Shown here: positions 1-14,270 of the stretch, in pieces
How the letters are laid out: each line of letters begins with the position of its first letter
How positions within the stretch are numbered: the first letter of the stretch is position 1
Program-made: the position numbers and the translations under genes
The notes under the pieces: model-generated
Told to the model about the DNA's origin: nothing
The model's database searches: none
What the model saw: the letters and a program-made list of their open reading frames with translations, nothing else
Source of the DNA: Lama glama
Taxonomy: Eukaryota
Assembly (NCBI GenBank): GCA_028534125.1
Contig: CM052832.1
Span: forward strand, 14,510,001-14,574,000
Direction of reading: 5' to 3'
Length of the DNA: 64,000 nucleotides

Positions 1-238
1 TATAGCAAGATTACAAGATACAAGGTTAGTATGCAAAGATCAATTGTTTTCCCATATACCAGCAGTGAACAATTAGAACTTGAAATTAAAAACATAATAT
101 CATTTACATTAATTGGCACCAAAAAATGAAACACTCTAGTCTAAATCTAATAAAATATGAACAAGATCTATATGAGGAAAATTAAACTCTGATAAAAGAA
201 ATCAAAGATCTAAATAAATGAAGAGGCATTCCATGTTC
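1..238 (+). mobile_element. Old L1 (L1M-type) ORF2 fragment
   Basis: Resembles L1 ORF2 post-RT region (caagatctatatgaggaaaattaaactctgataaaagaaatcaaag...attccatgttc). Confidence 0.85.
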
Positions 239-269
239 TCTGCCAGCAAGCGAGGGAGACTGAATAGGT

Positions 270-745
270 GTTTTACATTTAGGTCTATTTTTTTTTTTTG
301 TAAGTTAATTTTTGTGAAAGGTGTAAGGTTTATGTCTATTTATTTTTTTGCATGTGGATGTCCAGTTGTTACAGCACCATTTTTTTAAAAGGCTATCCTT
401 TCTCCATTGAGTTACCTTTGCTATTTTGTTGAAGGTCAGTTGACTGTATTTGTATGGGTCTATTTCTGGGCTCTCTGTTGTCTCTTATTGATCTATTTGA
501 CTTTCCTTTTGCCAGTAGCACACTATCTTGATCACTGTAGCTTTATAGTAAGTCTTGAGGTCCAGCAGTGTCAGTCCTCCAACTCTGTTCTCCTTCAATA
601 TTGTGTTGGCTATTCTGGGTCTTTTGCTTTTCCATATAAATTTTGGAATCATTTTGTTGATATCCACAAAATAACTTGCTGGGATTTTGACTGGGATTGT
701 GTCAAATCTATAAATCAAATTGGGAAGAACTAATATCTTAATAAT
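270..745 (-). mobile_element. L1 ORF2 fragment, inverted
   Basis: ORF 485..757(-) LPNLIYRFDTIPVKIP..KFIWKSKRPRIANTILKENRVGGLTLLDLKTYYKATVIKIVCYW is typical L1 ORF2. Confidence 0.92.
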
Positions 746-1605
746 ATATATGATCAATTAATTTATGACAAAGGAGCCAAGAATATACAATAGGGAAAGG
801 ACAATCTCTTCAATTAATGATGGTGGGAAAACTTGACAGCCACATGCAAAAGAATGAAACTGGATCACTATCTTACCCCATACACAAAAATTAATTCAAA
901 ATGCATTAAAGACTTGAATGTAAGACCTGAAACCATAAAATCCTAGAAGAAAACATAAGCAGTAAGCTCCATTGATCCTGACAGTGATCTTTTGGATCTG
1001 ACATCAAAACCAAAGGCAACAAAAGCAAAAATAAACAAGTGGGACTACAACAAACTAAAAACTTCTCCACAGCAAAGGAAACCATTAACAAAATAAAAAG
1101 GCAACCCACTGAGTGAGAGAAAACATCTACAAATCATATATCTGATATGGGGCTAATATCCAGAATATAGAAGAACTCAAACAACTCAAGAGCAAAAAAA
1201 CAAACAATCCAATTTTTAAATGGACATAAAACTTGAATAGACATTTTTCCAAAGGAGATATATGGATAGCCTAAAGACACACAGAAAGATGTTCAACATC
1301 ACTAATTATCAGGGAAATACAAATCAAAACCACAATAAGCTATCACCTCACATCTGTCATAATGGTTATTATTAAAAAGACAAGAAATAACAAGTGTTGG
1401 CAAGGATGTAGAGGAAAAGGAACACTTGTGCACTGCTGGTGGGAATGTAAATTGGTGCAGCCACTTACTAGAGGTTCCTCAAAACTTATTGTGTAGAAGT
1501 TCCTCAAAACTTATTGTGGTGATCATTTTGCAGTGTACACAGTATTGAATTATTATGTGTATACCTAAAACTAGTATGTTTTAGGTATACCTCAATTAAA
1601 AAACA
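746..1605 (+). mobile_element. L1 3' ORF2 / 3' UTR fragment with internal deletion
   Basis: L1 motifs (tatgacaaaggagccaag; cactgctggtgggaatgtaaattggtgcagccac) joined directly to a terminal 3' UTR and A-tail near 1597. Confidence 0.88.
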
Positions 1606-2765
1606 AAGATAGAAAACAAACAACCCAACTTAAAAATGGACAAAAAATTTGAGCAGACACCTTACCAAGGAAGATATACAGATGGCGAAGAAGCATATGA
1701 AAAAGATTGTCTACATCATGTTATTTGGGAATTACAAAATAAAACAACAATGAAATACAACTACGTACCTATTAGAATGGCTAAAATCCAAAACACAACA
1801 CCAAATGCTGACCAGGATGTGGAGCAACAAGACTTGCTGCTGGTGGGAACGCAAAGTGAAAACCTCGCTTGGCAGCCTTCTACAAAGCTAAATAGAGGTT
1901 TACCACAAGATCCAGTAATTGTGCTCTTAGGTGTTTACTCATATGAGCCGAAAATTTATGTCTACACAAAAACCTGCATACAAATGTCTATAGCAGCTTT
2001 ACTCATAATTGCCAAAACTTGGACACAACCAAAATGACCTTCAAAAGGTGAACGGATAAATTGTGGTACATCCAGACAATGGAATATTATTCGGTGATAA
2101 AAGGAAATGAGTTATCAAGGCAAAAAAAGACAAAGATAAAAGGCAAAATGGAGGAAACTTAAATGCATATTACTAAGTGAAAGAAGCCAATCTGAGAAGG
2201 CTACATACTGTATGATTCTGTCTATATGACATTCCATTAAAGGCAAAACAATAAGAGACAGTTAAAAAAAAAAAAAACAGGGGTTCAGCAGGTATGGAGG
2301 AAGGGTGAACAGATGAAATACAGGGCATTTTTAGGTCAGTGAAACTACCTGGTATGCTACTGTAATGGTAGATACATAACACTATGTATTTGTCAAAACC
2401 CATAGAACTGTACAACGCAAAGAGTGAACTCCAGTGGACTTTAGCTAGAGATAACATACCAGTATTGGTTCATCAATTACAACAAATGTACCATACAGTC
2501 AAGATGTTAATACCACATACACAAAAATGTTAATAATAGAGGAAACTGCATGTATAACTGAAAAATTGTGCTCTACACTGGAATTTGACACAACATTGTA
2601 AAACAACTGTAACTCAATTTAAAAAAATGTTTTAAAAAAAGGAAAAAAAGAGGAAACTGTGGGGGAGAGGGAGAAAAGGAGCATATAGAAATGCTGTGTA
2701 CTTTCTGAGCAATTTTTCTATAAACCTAAAACTGCTCTAAAAAAAAAATGAAGTCTATTAAAAAA
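1606..2765 (+). mobile_element. Old L1MC-like 3' end, interrupted by a young L1 tail
   Basis: ORF 1636..2037 has the L1 C-terminus (PQDPVIVLLGVY..KTCIQMSIAALLIIAKTW). 3' UTR ends aaacctaaaactgctctaaaaa..gtctatt. Confidence 0.85.
2549..2648 (+). mobile_element. 5'-truncated lineage-specific L1 3' end
   Basis: tgtataactgaaaaattgtgctctacactggaatttgacacaac closely matches 26226-26270 and 57240-57285. TSD agaggaaactg at 2538-2548 and 2649-2659. Confidence 0.88.
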
Positions 2766-5700
2766 TCCCACACCCCCTAAAAATGAACACTAATGCCAGA
2801 CGTAACAATGTACAATGTATAATCCAAAACATGGGAAGAAAAAAAATCAGTATCATGATAGAAACTGGCGTGAACCAACAAGGGTGGCGTAAGTCAAGAT
2901 CAAGTCAAGATCCTAACTTTCCATCCTCTGCCTGTAGGCTTCAGCTCTCAGCTGATCAGTCAAAGTGAAGTGGATACAACTACACAAAATCAAAATATTA
3001 CTGAGAAAAAACAAACTGTAGACATCATCCACCCACTTAATGCACTCTTTAGATTGGGAGCATGAAACCTAAATGTTTAAACTCCTGTCTTAGCTCCTAG
3101 AAGCCAATAGATCTCATCTCTGTTAAGCTACTAACCTCAAATCTAGACCATAAACCCAAGAGAATAATTGAGCTACCTGTAAGGACTGTTCATAGTAAAT
3201 CTCCAATTACACTGTCATGTGCTGCTAAGTCACGAGTTGCTTAGAGAGCTGCTAAAGTAGAGAAAGATTTCCCTCAGAATCTAGTTCCTCAAATAAATGG
3301 CCAGAGAGATGGCAGAGGTGTGGCCTAGTGCTCTGAAGACACCAAAATATCTTAACTTGAGGATGGCGTGAGAAACTCCATCTGACTACTAAGCGACTCC
3401 CAAAGGACTATGAAAGGAAATGGAACATAACTCCAAATACTGAAGGCAGCCATAGGCTTAAAATCCCTCTGTATGCAAATTCCTCAAGGTTACAACTAGG
3501 ACAATGTTACTCAGAATCTAATACTTTGTAGGCTAATGATATTATTAACCTCTAATATAACGTATCACTTCTAACAACCAGAACAACTATACTGAGAACA
3601 GCTCCCGGAAGTGTCATCTCAAATCAGCTCTCTGACTCCATACAGTGTGTGTTCAGTTCCATTCCCCGCACAAGCTGATCATGTCCCTGTCAGGTTTCCT
3701 AGCCCAGGTCACAGTTTCTGCTGCTTCATATCTCCAAAATGTCTTTAAAGAATGAGCAGCTGTCAGTTGTTATACCAAGAATGTCAGGAGTATTGAACAT
3801 CAGCGAACCTGATTTAGCCATTAACAGATTAAAGAAGAAAAACCATATGTTCCTTTCATTAGATATAAAATATTTAATGATTTATCATTAATTCATGATA
3901 AAGAACGCCCTCAAATTAACCAATGTCAATAATACATTAAGTGAAAAAAAGTTACAGATTATGTATCACCATTAAAACAAAAATGGAATAAATTTGTACA
4001 AGCATGGTAAAAAGATCTGAAAAAATATACAGAAAACTGCTGGAAGAATTGAAGGAAGAGACACTATGGATTTTTATACTGTTTGATTTTTTTCCATCGT
4101 GAGGCTATATTATGCCAACAATTTTAAAATATTTTTGTCTTAGGAAAGTTAGAATCAATAATACTCCTAATCATGGCCCATTTAATTTTTATATCAAACA
4201 TACGGAAAAGATCATCTACTAAGAATCATCAGAAAAAAATATTTCTCAGTTACATAGACTAGTACAAATTAAATCATTTTCATTTTTCCTCCTAAATTGT
4301 CATCCTCATCACGTGCAGATGCAGACCCCCGCAGGTGCCTCAAGGATAAAGGTCATACCAAGTATATTGCCCTAAACACTCTGCATGTTGGTTAAATACA
4401 TTTTTCAAGAGGAACAATATGAAACAGCACATTCCAAGCTTCTGGGATCCATCTTCAGGTCAGTGAACTATACGGGTCAACTCAGAGTGCTCAGAGAGAT
4501 TAGGAATGTATAATTAATCTTTTCATTATCTTTCGAATTTATGGACATTTGTTTTCCAGAACTCACTATGTGCAATCTCAACTTTAGAGACATAAAGTCC
4601 TCACCAGACAGTGCAAAACACACACTGTTCTTAAAACCACGTAGCTGCTTATCTTACACCTATTCTTGGCTCAAAAGACAAGAAAATAGTGTCTGAGAAG
4701 TTGAGTCTGGAAATGATAGCATTGGTGGCCATCTAACCAGATGACTGAAACTCATCATGCTTGCACCACTGCACTTCCTCCAAAGCCTGCTCTAGTGGCC
4801 GCAGCCACTGCCCACAAGGACGGGGAGCACTAGTCATTTCTAAAAGCAAGATGTGAAAAGGCCACAGAAACAGAAAATGCTCCTGACTCTTCAAGCTTGC
4901 TGTGGCTGATTTTTGCGCTACCATCTACTTTGCATTTATTTCTTCTAAGCAGACCAGGGAAACCAATAATAAATATCATGTGAATAAGTGAAAAGCATTC
5001 AGTGTCCTTAGCATATTCCCAAATACTTTCCATTTCTGATTACTTGAAAGTAAATAGTAGAAGGCAACTAAATGCTTCACCATAATGCATATCACAATAT
5101 TGCTAAGACAAATTGGACTAACTCTTGATAAAACTATGTATCAAATGCATAGCACAACATACACATCCACCGGATCCATAAGATCTGCAAGCCAATTCCA
5201 TAAATGTGATGGAAGAGATGGGATCAAATTAAGTCAGTTTGTTGAGATTTGTGAAATCACTCCAGTAAAGCTGTTGAGAACACTTCCATTCTGTTGTCTG
5301 CAGGAGGTATGCATTCTGATCTGTTCCATCTCAAGAGGTAAAGGGCCTGCCCTGCAGGGGAAGGGCTTTGTGACAGCTCAGCTGGTGATTAGTCCACAAG
5401 CCTGTATACTCCAGACACGAAAGTTAGGAGGCTTATTTGGCTGCAGAACAAGGCCACAATTGTTGATCACCTTTACTGGTAATAAAAGTGGTATTTCTAT
5501 CTCCATCTGTCTGGCTCTGGGTGAATTTCACTCTCTTTTCACTTGTTTCAGAAACAACCAAGGAGAGGTATTCTTTAATTGGCTCCTTTACACCTCATAA
5601 AAGCTACCTCCAAAAGAAGTTAAAATCAGTGCTCTTAGCCCTTAAATAATCTACAATCAAACATTTTAGAACAAAAATTCATAATTCTTAGGATAACTAG

Positions 5701-7027
5701 TTTACAACACTGTAACTACTTAAGAGATGAATTTGAAAGATACACTTGTTTATCAGGTTCTTCAAAACTCAGGGAGAAAAAAACAAAAAACAATGAAGGA
5801 ACAACTGGAGTACCCCCAGAAGTCAGAAAACAAATAAAACTAAGTAAAAAAAATTCAAATGTGACAAGCATCTGTCCACTGAGGGGCAGATGGCCATCTG
5901 CCCGAGGAACAGGATGATTTGTGCCAGGGCAGGGACAATGACATGGGCTTTCTCCACAGAACAATTTCACACCATTCCTCAAGGGAGAGGATGGCTCTCT
6001 TTGGAGAAGATATTGGAGACCTCCCCTGCCCCCTGACTCTAAAAAAGCCTAATAAGATTGATTTTTTTTTTTAGGCCCAGTTGAATAGGCCTAAAAGGAT
6101 TGTTCCCAATCCATTTGATGCCTGAAATTCTTCTAAGAAAAAGAAAAGCTTTTTAAACTGCAATTAGAAATAAATGGCTCAAAATGTGCTTTAAAATGGT
6201 TGAGAAGTAATGCATTTGCTACAACTATATTTTATCTAATTATGAATAATGACATCAGAGCCTTCTGAGCTTAGATGGAGGGGAGGAGATGAGAACAGTA
6301 GGTCAATAGGTGCCTTAAGTGGGAGAGAGGTCAATGCAGAGGGAGGTGTAGATTGGAGTGGGACAGGACGATGTAAACCCATTATTTCAAATGATGATGT
6401 ATTACAAAATTCAATGACAAAGGGAAGTGTCCATGATATATACTGGACCAAGTTATACAATAGTAAAGCCTATCAGGTAACTGACTTAGTTCAGGCCCTA
6501 GGACCTTGACCTAGTAAGTTTCCCCACCATGGACACCATAAAGACTGCCGCAAGATTAATTTTCCTAAAGCTGAAGTCTGATCATTGCTAGTCCACTGTA
6601 AAGCCTGCAGTAGCACCTCTTATCCTTTAAAATTAGGTCAGAATCATTCAGTGAAGGTTGATGACTTGTGTGTTCCAGCCACACTTACTTTTCCCAATCT
6701 TATTTTCTTCTTTACTACATTATACCCCACAGATTCAGCAAAATTTAGCTCTTCTCCAAATATGCACAATCTTTTCTACTCCAATGTTTCCTCATCTGCC
6801 TCTCTCCCAAGACTACCCCATGCCTCAATTCTCCTCCTTCAAAGCCTACAGTCTCTACTATAGTTTCTCTGGTCCCCCATCCACAGACCAAGGTCTACTA
6901 TGTATCAGGCACTTTACCAAGTCTGTACCTAAATTATATTGTTCAATCTTCACAACTACCCTATGAAGAAGGCACTTATTATCCCTGCATACCAGAAGAA
7001 GAAACTGAGTCTTAGAGAAAGAAAATA

Positions 7028-7512
7028 CTGTAGTCTCCCCCTTAGTCATGAGGGATACGTTTCAAGATCCCCAGTGGATGCCTGAAACTGCGGATAGTAC
7101 CAAACCTCACATATGTTTTTTCCTATACACACATACCTATGACACAGATTAATTTATAAATGAGGCATAATAAGAGAATAGCCAAATTGACAGCATCACT
7201 ACTCTTGTAAAGGTTTATACTTGAACACAAGCACTGAAATACTCCAACAGTTGATCTGATAATAAAGACAGCTTCTAAGTGACAAACAGGCAGGTAGTAT
7301 ATACAGCGTGAATACACTGGACAAAGGGATGGTTCACATCCCAGGCAGGATGGAGCACGATGGGGCAAGATTTCATCACATTACCCAGAACAGTGTGCAA
7401 TTTAAAACTTACGAATTGTTTATTTCTAAAATTTAATATTTTTGGACAGCAGTTGACCATGGGTAACTGAAATTGCAGAAAGCTTAAACACAGATAAGAG
7501 GGGGGACTACTA
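7028..7512 (-). mobile_element. MER44 (TcMar-Tigger) non-autonomous DNA transposon inserted in a MIR
   Basis: TIRs ctgtagtctcccccttagtc / gataagaggggggactacta with TA on both sides (7026-7027, 7513-7514). MIR halves at ~6890-7027 and 7513-7600 join across it. Confidence 0.85.
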
Positions 7513-10349
7513 TAACTTGTCCAAGGTTCCTATAATAATAGCACTAAGCCAGGATTTGAATTCAGGCACTCTGACTCCAGGGCCCAAAACCATAACCACT
7601 GTACTTTCACTACTACATATCCAGGACTCTCTTCTCTCCTCTGAACTTCCATTGTACTTTATCTGTTTATAGTAGTTAATAATATGGCAAAAAAGTGATG
7701 TGATATGTATGTATCCATATGCATGTATACACACATATAGACCTGTGTATAAGTAATATGTATTTATGTGTCCTTCCCCAGATGCTAAGGCACTTGAAGT
7801 CAAGGTCCATCCACGTGAGGCCCACTGTTGCATCTGCCTGGTACCCAGCATAGGGCCCTGCAACATACAGATACTGTATAAAATGTCTGATGAATAAATG
7901 AAGCCATGTTATCAGTCCTGTGCTTTGTTTTTCAAACAAGAGTAGTTTCTTGCAAGTTTGGCTCCCAGGGAATTTACTTCTCTAGGTGTCAGGAGGGATC
8001 CATTTCACATAAATTGATAGCAATGAGGCCATTAGTCCTGTGCAAGCTGGGGATGGAGTGAGTCAATAGTGAAGGAATTAAATATTCCTAACAGCTATCA
8101 CATCTATTACAATGTATTAAAGACTTCTCATAGGAATCAGAAACCCAGAGTTGGGTTGAAATTACGGTAGTGTTTTGATCACTAAGGAAAGAAACACATC
8201 CTAGACATGGGATAGTCTGGTAATGGAAGGAAATGAACAGCTAAAGGGGGATTTTATTTTTATTTTTTCCCTTCAGCCTAGAAAGAATATAGAGAATTGG
8301 ATGCCAAGGCAATGACCTCATACTACATCCCAAGCTATCAACAGCTGGAAGCCATTCATCAGCCGCCCAATGACAGTCACAGGTGTTCTCATCTGCTCCA
8401 GAGGCTCTTCAGAGGAAAGGCATGGGCAGTACCTTACACTCTCTAGAATCTCCACCTTGACAGGTCGTTCTACTTCTGTGGCCACTGTGGCCTGAGTTCC
8501 CCGAATGGAGATAAGGGTTCGCTGGTCGGAAGGGTTCTCCTTCAATGCACACTACAGATTGGGGATGCTGGGCACTATAAGCTCCTGAAGCCCCCTTATC
8601 AGTTGCCAGGGACATGCTAATTCCAGCACCACTTCACCAGGGGGTATTTTAACTAAATAACTTGCACCTGCTTTCTCTCAAGGTTCTCCTTACACAGCTG
8701 GTGGCCAGAGATATTTAGGAAGTATCAATGAGGCTTCTAATGTTAAAATACTGGTATGTATTTTACCCAGTGGGGCTTTTAACAACATATATTTATTTTA
8801 AATGTTTATGCCTTCAGGATGTGCGTAAAAGACAGGAGACAACTAAAGCTATAGGAAAGAGGAGCCCAAATGTTAAGCAGTTCCCTTTCTCATATTCAAG
8901 CACAAACGACAAAGTCCAACAATGCCAGCAAGTCCCGACTCTACCTCTGATCTCAGTAGTTTTTAATACAAACTAACACAAGGGTAGTCCCACTTTTGAT
9001 TAAGAAGATGGGGCATTAAAAAATGTAAACCAGCCCATTCATGTGCAGAGAAGTAGGAAAAGAAAGTCTCCTAAGCTCATTCGAAGGACAGAACCCCAAA
9101 GATTTTCTTATATTACAGCAAATGTGAACAGTCTCATGTGGCCACTGCTCTAAGAAGGAAAATAAGAACAGAGAAAAGAAGAAACCTGAGCGGCCTGGTG
9201 TTTGAAATACCCAGCAAAAGTGATTCACAGCAGTCTTATAAAATGGGAAGGAAGAAGAGGGGATAAACCTAGAAGAAGGGGGTTGGGGAAGGAGAGGGGG
9301 ATAGGCCGTTTTAGCTGAGACGCGGACAGTTTTGTTTTGTTTTTTTTCTCCCTTTAAATGCCTTAGCCAAAAGAAACAGGTTTCACATGTGTAAGAGCAA
9401 GAGATGCTTGGTTCAGAGCCAACTTGTCATGAAGCCCAGTTTCCAACACTTACTAAAGAGGCCAAGTTGCAAGGATTTTTCTTCTTGCCTAAGGTTCTGG
9501 GGGAGGGATTGTAGGGAAACCTCTTAAGCTTGAGAAAATGGACAATAATAACTAGACTGGGTCCCCAAGTAAGGCCAACATAATTTAAAGCTAACCAAGC
9601 TCTAGGCAAGCTCCAAAGACTTCAGTGAATAAAAAGCCAATTTCACCCAGTATTATAAGTATCCCGGGAGCTAAAATGGGGGCTTCCCCCCTCATCAGCA
9701 ATCTGGAAAATGCTTCAATTTCTAAGGAGAGGAAAAGAAAAATCAAAGCTTTCATTTTCCTAACACACACAGTTATCTGGCAGTTTCTTCGATTCTTTAC
9801 CCTTTCTCCAAGTCAGTCCCCCAAATACCATGGTATACTAACCTAAGGCCACAATTTCTGAAGTAACAGATAAATAACAGAATAATGAAATATCAGGTAC
9901 TGACTGCCTTAAAAAAAAAACCCAGAATTATAAAATAATGTTTAATTACAATAATTTCCATCTAATTCATTACTATTTTTAAAAGGCATTAGCCCTGAAA
10001 ACTCTTTTGAAAGATGTCAGTCAAAGCCACAGAAGAGTAGGAAGAAACTAGACCCCGGTATGATATCAAAGGAAGCCAAATGTTGGAAGGAAGGGCAGCT
10101 GCTTCCAGAACACTTACACTGTTTTCCCGTGTGTAAATCCAAAACAACCTTCTTCCTGTCGCTCTATGCACGACCCCTCTGCCATCTTGCATTTAAAATC
10201 TTTTTAAGCTTCCACTTCTAATAGCTGACTTCAAAAAAATCCATTTAACTAATGACCTTTAGTCTACAAAAGTAGTGATGGAATGATCAGTGAGATAAAT
10301 TTAAATTCCAGACTGTCAAACAAAACTTTCCAAGAGGAAACCACTCTTT

Positions 10350-11175
10350 TAACTCAACACTAATAAAGACAAATAACCCAATTCAAATATGGCCAAAGGA
10401 TTTGGAGAGATATCTCTCCAAAGAAGATATACGAATGCCTAATAAGTAATATGAAAAGTTACTCAATAACATTAGCCACGAGGGCAAAACAAATCAAAAA
10501 ATCACTTTACATCCACTATGATGGCTAAAAATAAAATAGACAATAACAAATGTTAACAAGGATGTAGAAAAACTGGCACCCTCATACATCACTGATGGGA
10601 TTACAAAATGGTTTACCTGTGGAAAACAATTTGGCAGGCTCTTGAAAAATCAGAGCTATCATATAACTCAGCATATGTCCACACAAAAACCTGTATATAA
10701 ATGTTCCAAGTAGCATTATTCATAATAGCCAAAACAGAGATGATCTAAATTTTCATCAACTGACAAATGAATGAATAAAATGTGGCGTGCCATATAATGG
10801 AATATTATTTGGCAATAAAAAAGAATGAAGTACTGATAGTTGCTACAATATAGATGAACTTTCAAATTTTGCTAAGTAAAAGAATCCAGTCACAAAAGGC
10901 CACATATTGTATGATTCCATTTATGTGAAATGTCCAGAATAGGCAAATTCATAGACAGAAAGGAGTTTAGTAGCTACCTGGGGAGACCAAAGGAAAATGA
11001 GGAATGAATTCTAATGTGTATGAAGTTTCTTTCTGGAGTGATGAAAATGTTCTAAAATTAGTCTGTAGTGATATTTGTACAATTCTGTGGCTATACTATA
11101 AACTACTAAACTGTATACTCTAAGTATGTTGATTTTATAGCATGTGAAATATCTCTCAAAAAAGCTTTAAAAAGA
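10350..11175 (+). mobile_element. Old L1MB-like 3' end
   Basis: Typical L1M 3' region (ccacatattgtatgattccatttatgtgaaatgtccagaataggcaaattcatagacagaaag) ending in an A-rich tail. Confidence 0.85.
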
Positions 11176-12813
11176 AAAAGACCCACATTTGGTAGTTAGG
11201 ATCAGGTTAAAGATAAGAATAACACACACACACACACATACATTGTGGCACAGGAATCTGTGTCTATCTTGTCTCTTATATAAGCAGGATGCTAGGAATC
11301 AGAAACACTGGAGCCAGATGGGATCTGAGAAAGCATCCCAACCAACTCCCTTATCTGATATGCGGAAAAGCTACGATCGAAACGGGGGAAATGACTCTGC
11401 CCTAGGCAGACTTGAGGCTATAACTGAGTCAAGGCCTTATTCAGGCCAAATCCTCCAGGCTCTTTCTGTACCTTAAAGTCTGTCAGAACTGCCCCCAAGG
11501 TCATTCAGCCCACTGCTGGAGCCTCAGTCCATCTCAGCCCTTCCCCAGAGGCTATCAATCCATTGAAGGTAACTCTCTGTTGTATCTGCAATATAGGTTC
11601 ATTATATTTTGAATATGGAAAAGGCCAGTCACACACTTACTGATCTTTTACTATTTTGTGCTTCTTACTCAACTACTTTCCTGCCCCTTAGCTCTTCAGA
11701 AGTGTCCACTACAGAACTGAGCATGGATGTTCCCAGGCATGTGCACAGATTACGGGGCATATTCCTGGATGAAGGAAAGAGGACTTGGCAAACTGGCTTC
11801 ATCCCCTCAAGACTGGTTGGGAGAAAAGGTATAGCAGCTCCTGCCTCTTACTGAGTCCCTCAGGTTTTACAAGATTTAAATACCTCTTAAGGCTCGGTGA
11901 CTCCCCGAAATAATGCCATTTTTAGGGAGTTTTCAAAAAAAGCAGAAAGGGATGAGGCAGGGTCTCTTCTATACAAAGATAAAATTTCCTTCTGAGAACT
12001 CTCAAAGCTAAGAAGGCATGAAGGTCTAGACTGAAAACAGCCTTAATTTGAGACAAGCATAAAACCCTTCCCTCAACCGAAATACTAAGGAAGAAGGGTC
12101 ATTTCTAACGGGCAGCTGACCAACTAGGAAGGAGACTCAGCTATACCTGTGACCACAATCATGCAAATGAGACAAAAATGACACTTCTTAGGAGATACAA
12201 CATTCCTAAGTTTGCAAAATTGTGGTTAACTTCCATGAGAGGAAACTGTACAAAGGCAGAGAAACTGGCGTCCTCAGAGACAAGCAGAACAGGCATGAAA
12301 GCTAAGGAAAGGGAGAGATGAATTAGAGCCCGCCGCCAGTCTTCTAGATCGGGCATGGTAAACATTAGTATTCCTATTTTACAAAAGGCATCTAGGATTT
12401 GGAATTAAACAGCCTGCCCAGGTCACACAGAGAGCAGGTGGCAGGCTGGAGTTTGAATTTTGTTCTGCTGGACTCCACGGCCTGCACTTGCACCATCACA
12501 TGAACCATCTACTCACCTTTCTTCCCATAGAAGCTTGGCTTTCCCCTTTCCTTTCCAGTGCTTTATCTACTTATGTTGTTGACCATCCAAACACAGCCCA
12601 GAAGAAATGCACCTACTACCTCCTTGCTAAGTTCCTCCCCCCCAAGAGTAGTAAGAGTAAAGATCGATATTAAAAACAAACTTACGAATATTCCAATAGA
12701 CTGGGAGAGTTTAGGATCATTGGGGCACGGTCACATCAGATGTGGAAACCAACTTCCTGTGCTGGAAACTACCCATTGAGTGGTGTAATAGGAAGATCAA
12801 AACCTATTAGTTA

Positions 12814-12952
12814 GAGGGGAAGGGTACAGCTCAAGTGGTAGAGTGCATGCTCAGCACACAAGAGGTCCCGGGTTCAATCCCCAGTACCTCCTCCAGGTGG
12901 AAATCAATGAAGAACCTAATTACCTCCCTCTCAGAAAACAAACAATACAAGC
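12814..12952 (+). mobile_element. tRNA-derived SINE (camelid Vic-1-like)
   Basis: A box/B box head (cagctcaagtggtagag..gggttcaatccc), acctaattacc tail motif, A-rich end. Perfect TSD aaaacctattagtta at 12799-12813 and 12953-12967. Confidence 0.88.
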
Positions 12953-14069
12953 AAAACCTATTAGTTAGGTTAATTCAGTTAAAATTACTCTTCTGGAATC
13001 CAATGTGGGGAAGGAGAGAGGAGGAGAGGACTATCAACGAAAGATACTAAAAAGAAACTCTCATTCATGAATTTCAAGAGGTCATATAGCAGGGACATGG
13101 AGATTAAACCAGAGCTACAGAGAAAATAACAGGATAAAAGAGAAACCAGTTCTAGGGAGTTGGGTCTCAGAACTAAAAGTAATGGTTAACCACTATGATC
13201 TTTACAGTAAAAAGAGATTTCAAAAAGATAAACAAGACAAAAAGTTTTAAACAAAGCAGCAGATGGCTGAATCTCCAGTGACAATGATGAAAAACAGAAC
13301 TACCACCAGAAGAGATACCTGCATGGTAAAGAAGCCTCTCACCTGTACACACACATACGTACACATACCCGAGGAAAAAAGGACCTTTTTCCAGACAGAT
13401 AGCTGCTACACAAGAAAATCAAACATGGGTAGAATACATTTAATTCATCTATTATAATATTATCAAGTCCCCACCATACAAGGTTCTTTTGCTTATGAGA
13501 GTCAAAAGTACATGAAATCTAACCGAAGAGGCCTAAATGAGACCACCACCACAAGAGAAAAAAGTACTGGCTAAAAACAGGTGTTGACAAATGTACTGAA
13601 GCATAAAAAATATGTATATTGAAAGCCTGCTAGCACTAATAGTACTGAGTGTTTACTGCATTCCATGCATTATTTTAAGCGCTTTACTGCGAAGCCTTTA
13701 CAGAGATAGGAATTATTATCTTCATTTTACAGAGGAGGTTTAATAACTAGCCCAAAACCCCACAGCTACTAAATTCTAGGCACTTGACAAAACCTGTCTC
13801 ACTTCTTCATAATGAGCCTTATCTTCACACACACATTTAGACACTGAGGAACAAAGAGGTTAAGTGACTTGCCCAAGGTTACACAGCTAAGAAAGGGGTA
13901 CAGCGGGTGTTCAGACTAGCTCTACAGGACTCAAAAAAGCATCTATTCCCTCTTCCTTTATCCTGTGACATTCCTAAAACAATTCTTGAGTAGAACTGAA
14001 AAGAGGGACTGGAAAATGCCATCTTCAAAATGGTGGCTCCAGCTAAGCAAAGGAAGACCATGACACAAG

Positions 14070-14270
14070 GTGATTAAGAGCAGGGGGCCCAGAGCCAGCC
14101 TGAAGGATTCAAATCCCAGTCACAGTACTAGATGCGCAACTCTGGGCAAGTTGCTTAACCTTGCTGTGCCTCAGTTTCCTCACCTGTAAAAAAAGTACCT
14201 CCTCATAGGTTACTGTGAAGATTAAATGAGCCAGTACTTGGAAAGCACTAGAACAGTGTCTGACATAAAG
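14070..14270 (+). mobile_element. MIR SINE (best preserved of many; others near 12.4, 13.7, 15.8, 20.5, 22.2, 22.9, 29.3, 30.2, 34.7, 38.8, 39.8, 40.1, 44.8 and 48.2 kb)
   Basis: MIR core gggcaagttgcttaaccttgctgtgcctcagtttcctcacctgtaaaa. Confidence 0.88.

Noticed and set aside
5085..5600. 171-aa ORF, and other intronic ORFs such as 8318..8545, 14109..14582, 26877..27323 and 34157..34603
   Set aside because: No recognisable domain or supported splice structure. Some overlap MIR sequence, and such lengths are expected by chance in 64 kb.
12814..12890. tRNA gene (also ~16610-16690)
   Set aside because: The tRNA-like head is followed by a shared SINE tail and flanked by TSDs, so these are SINEs.
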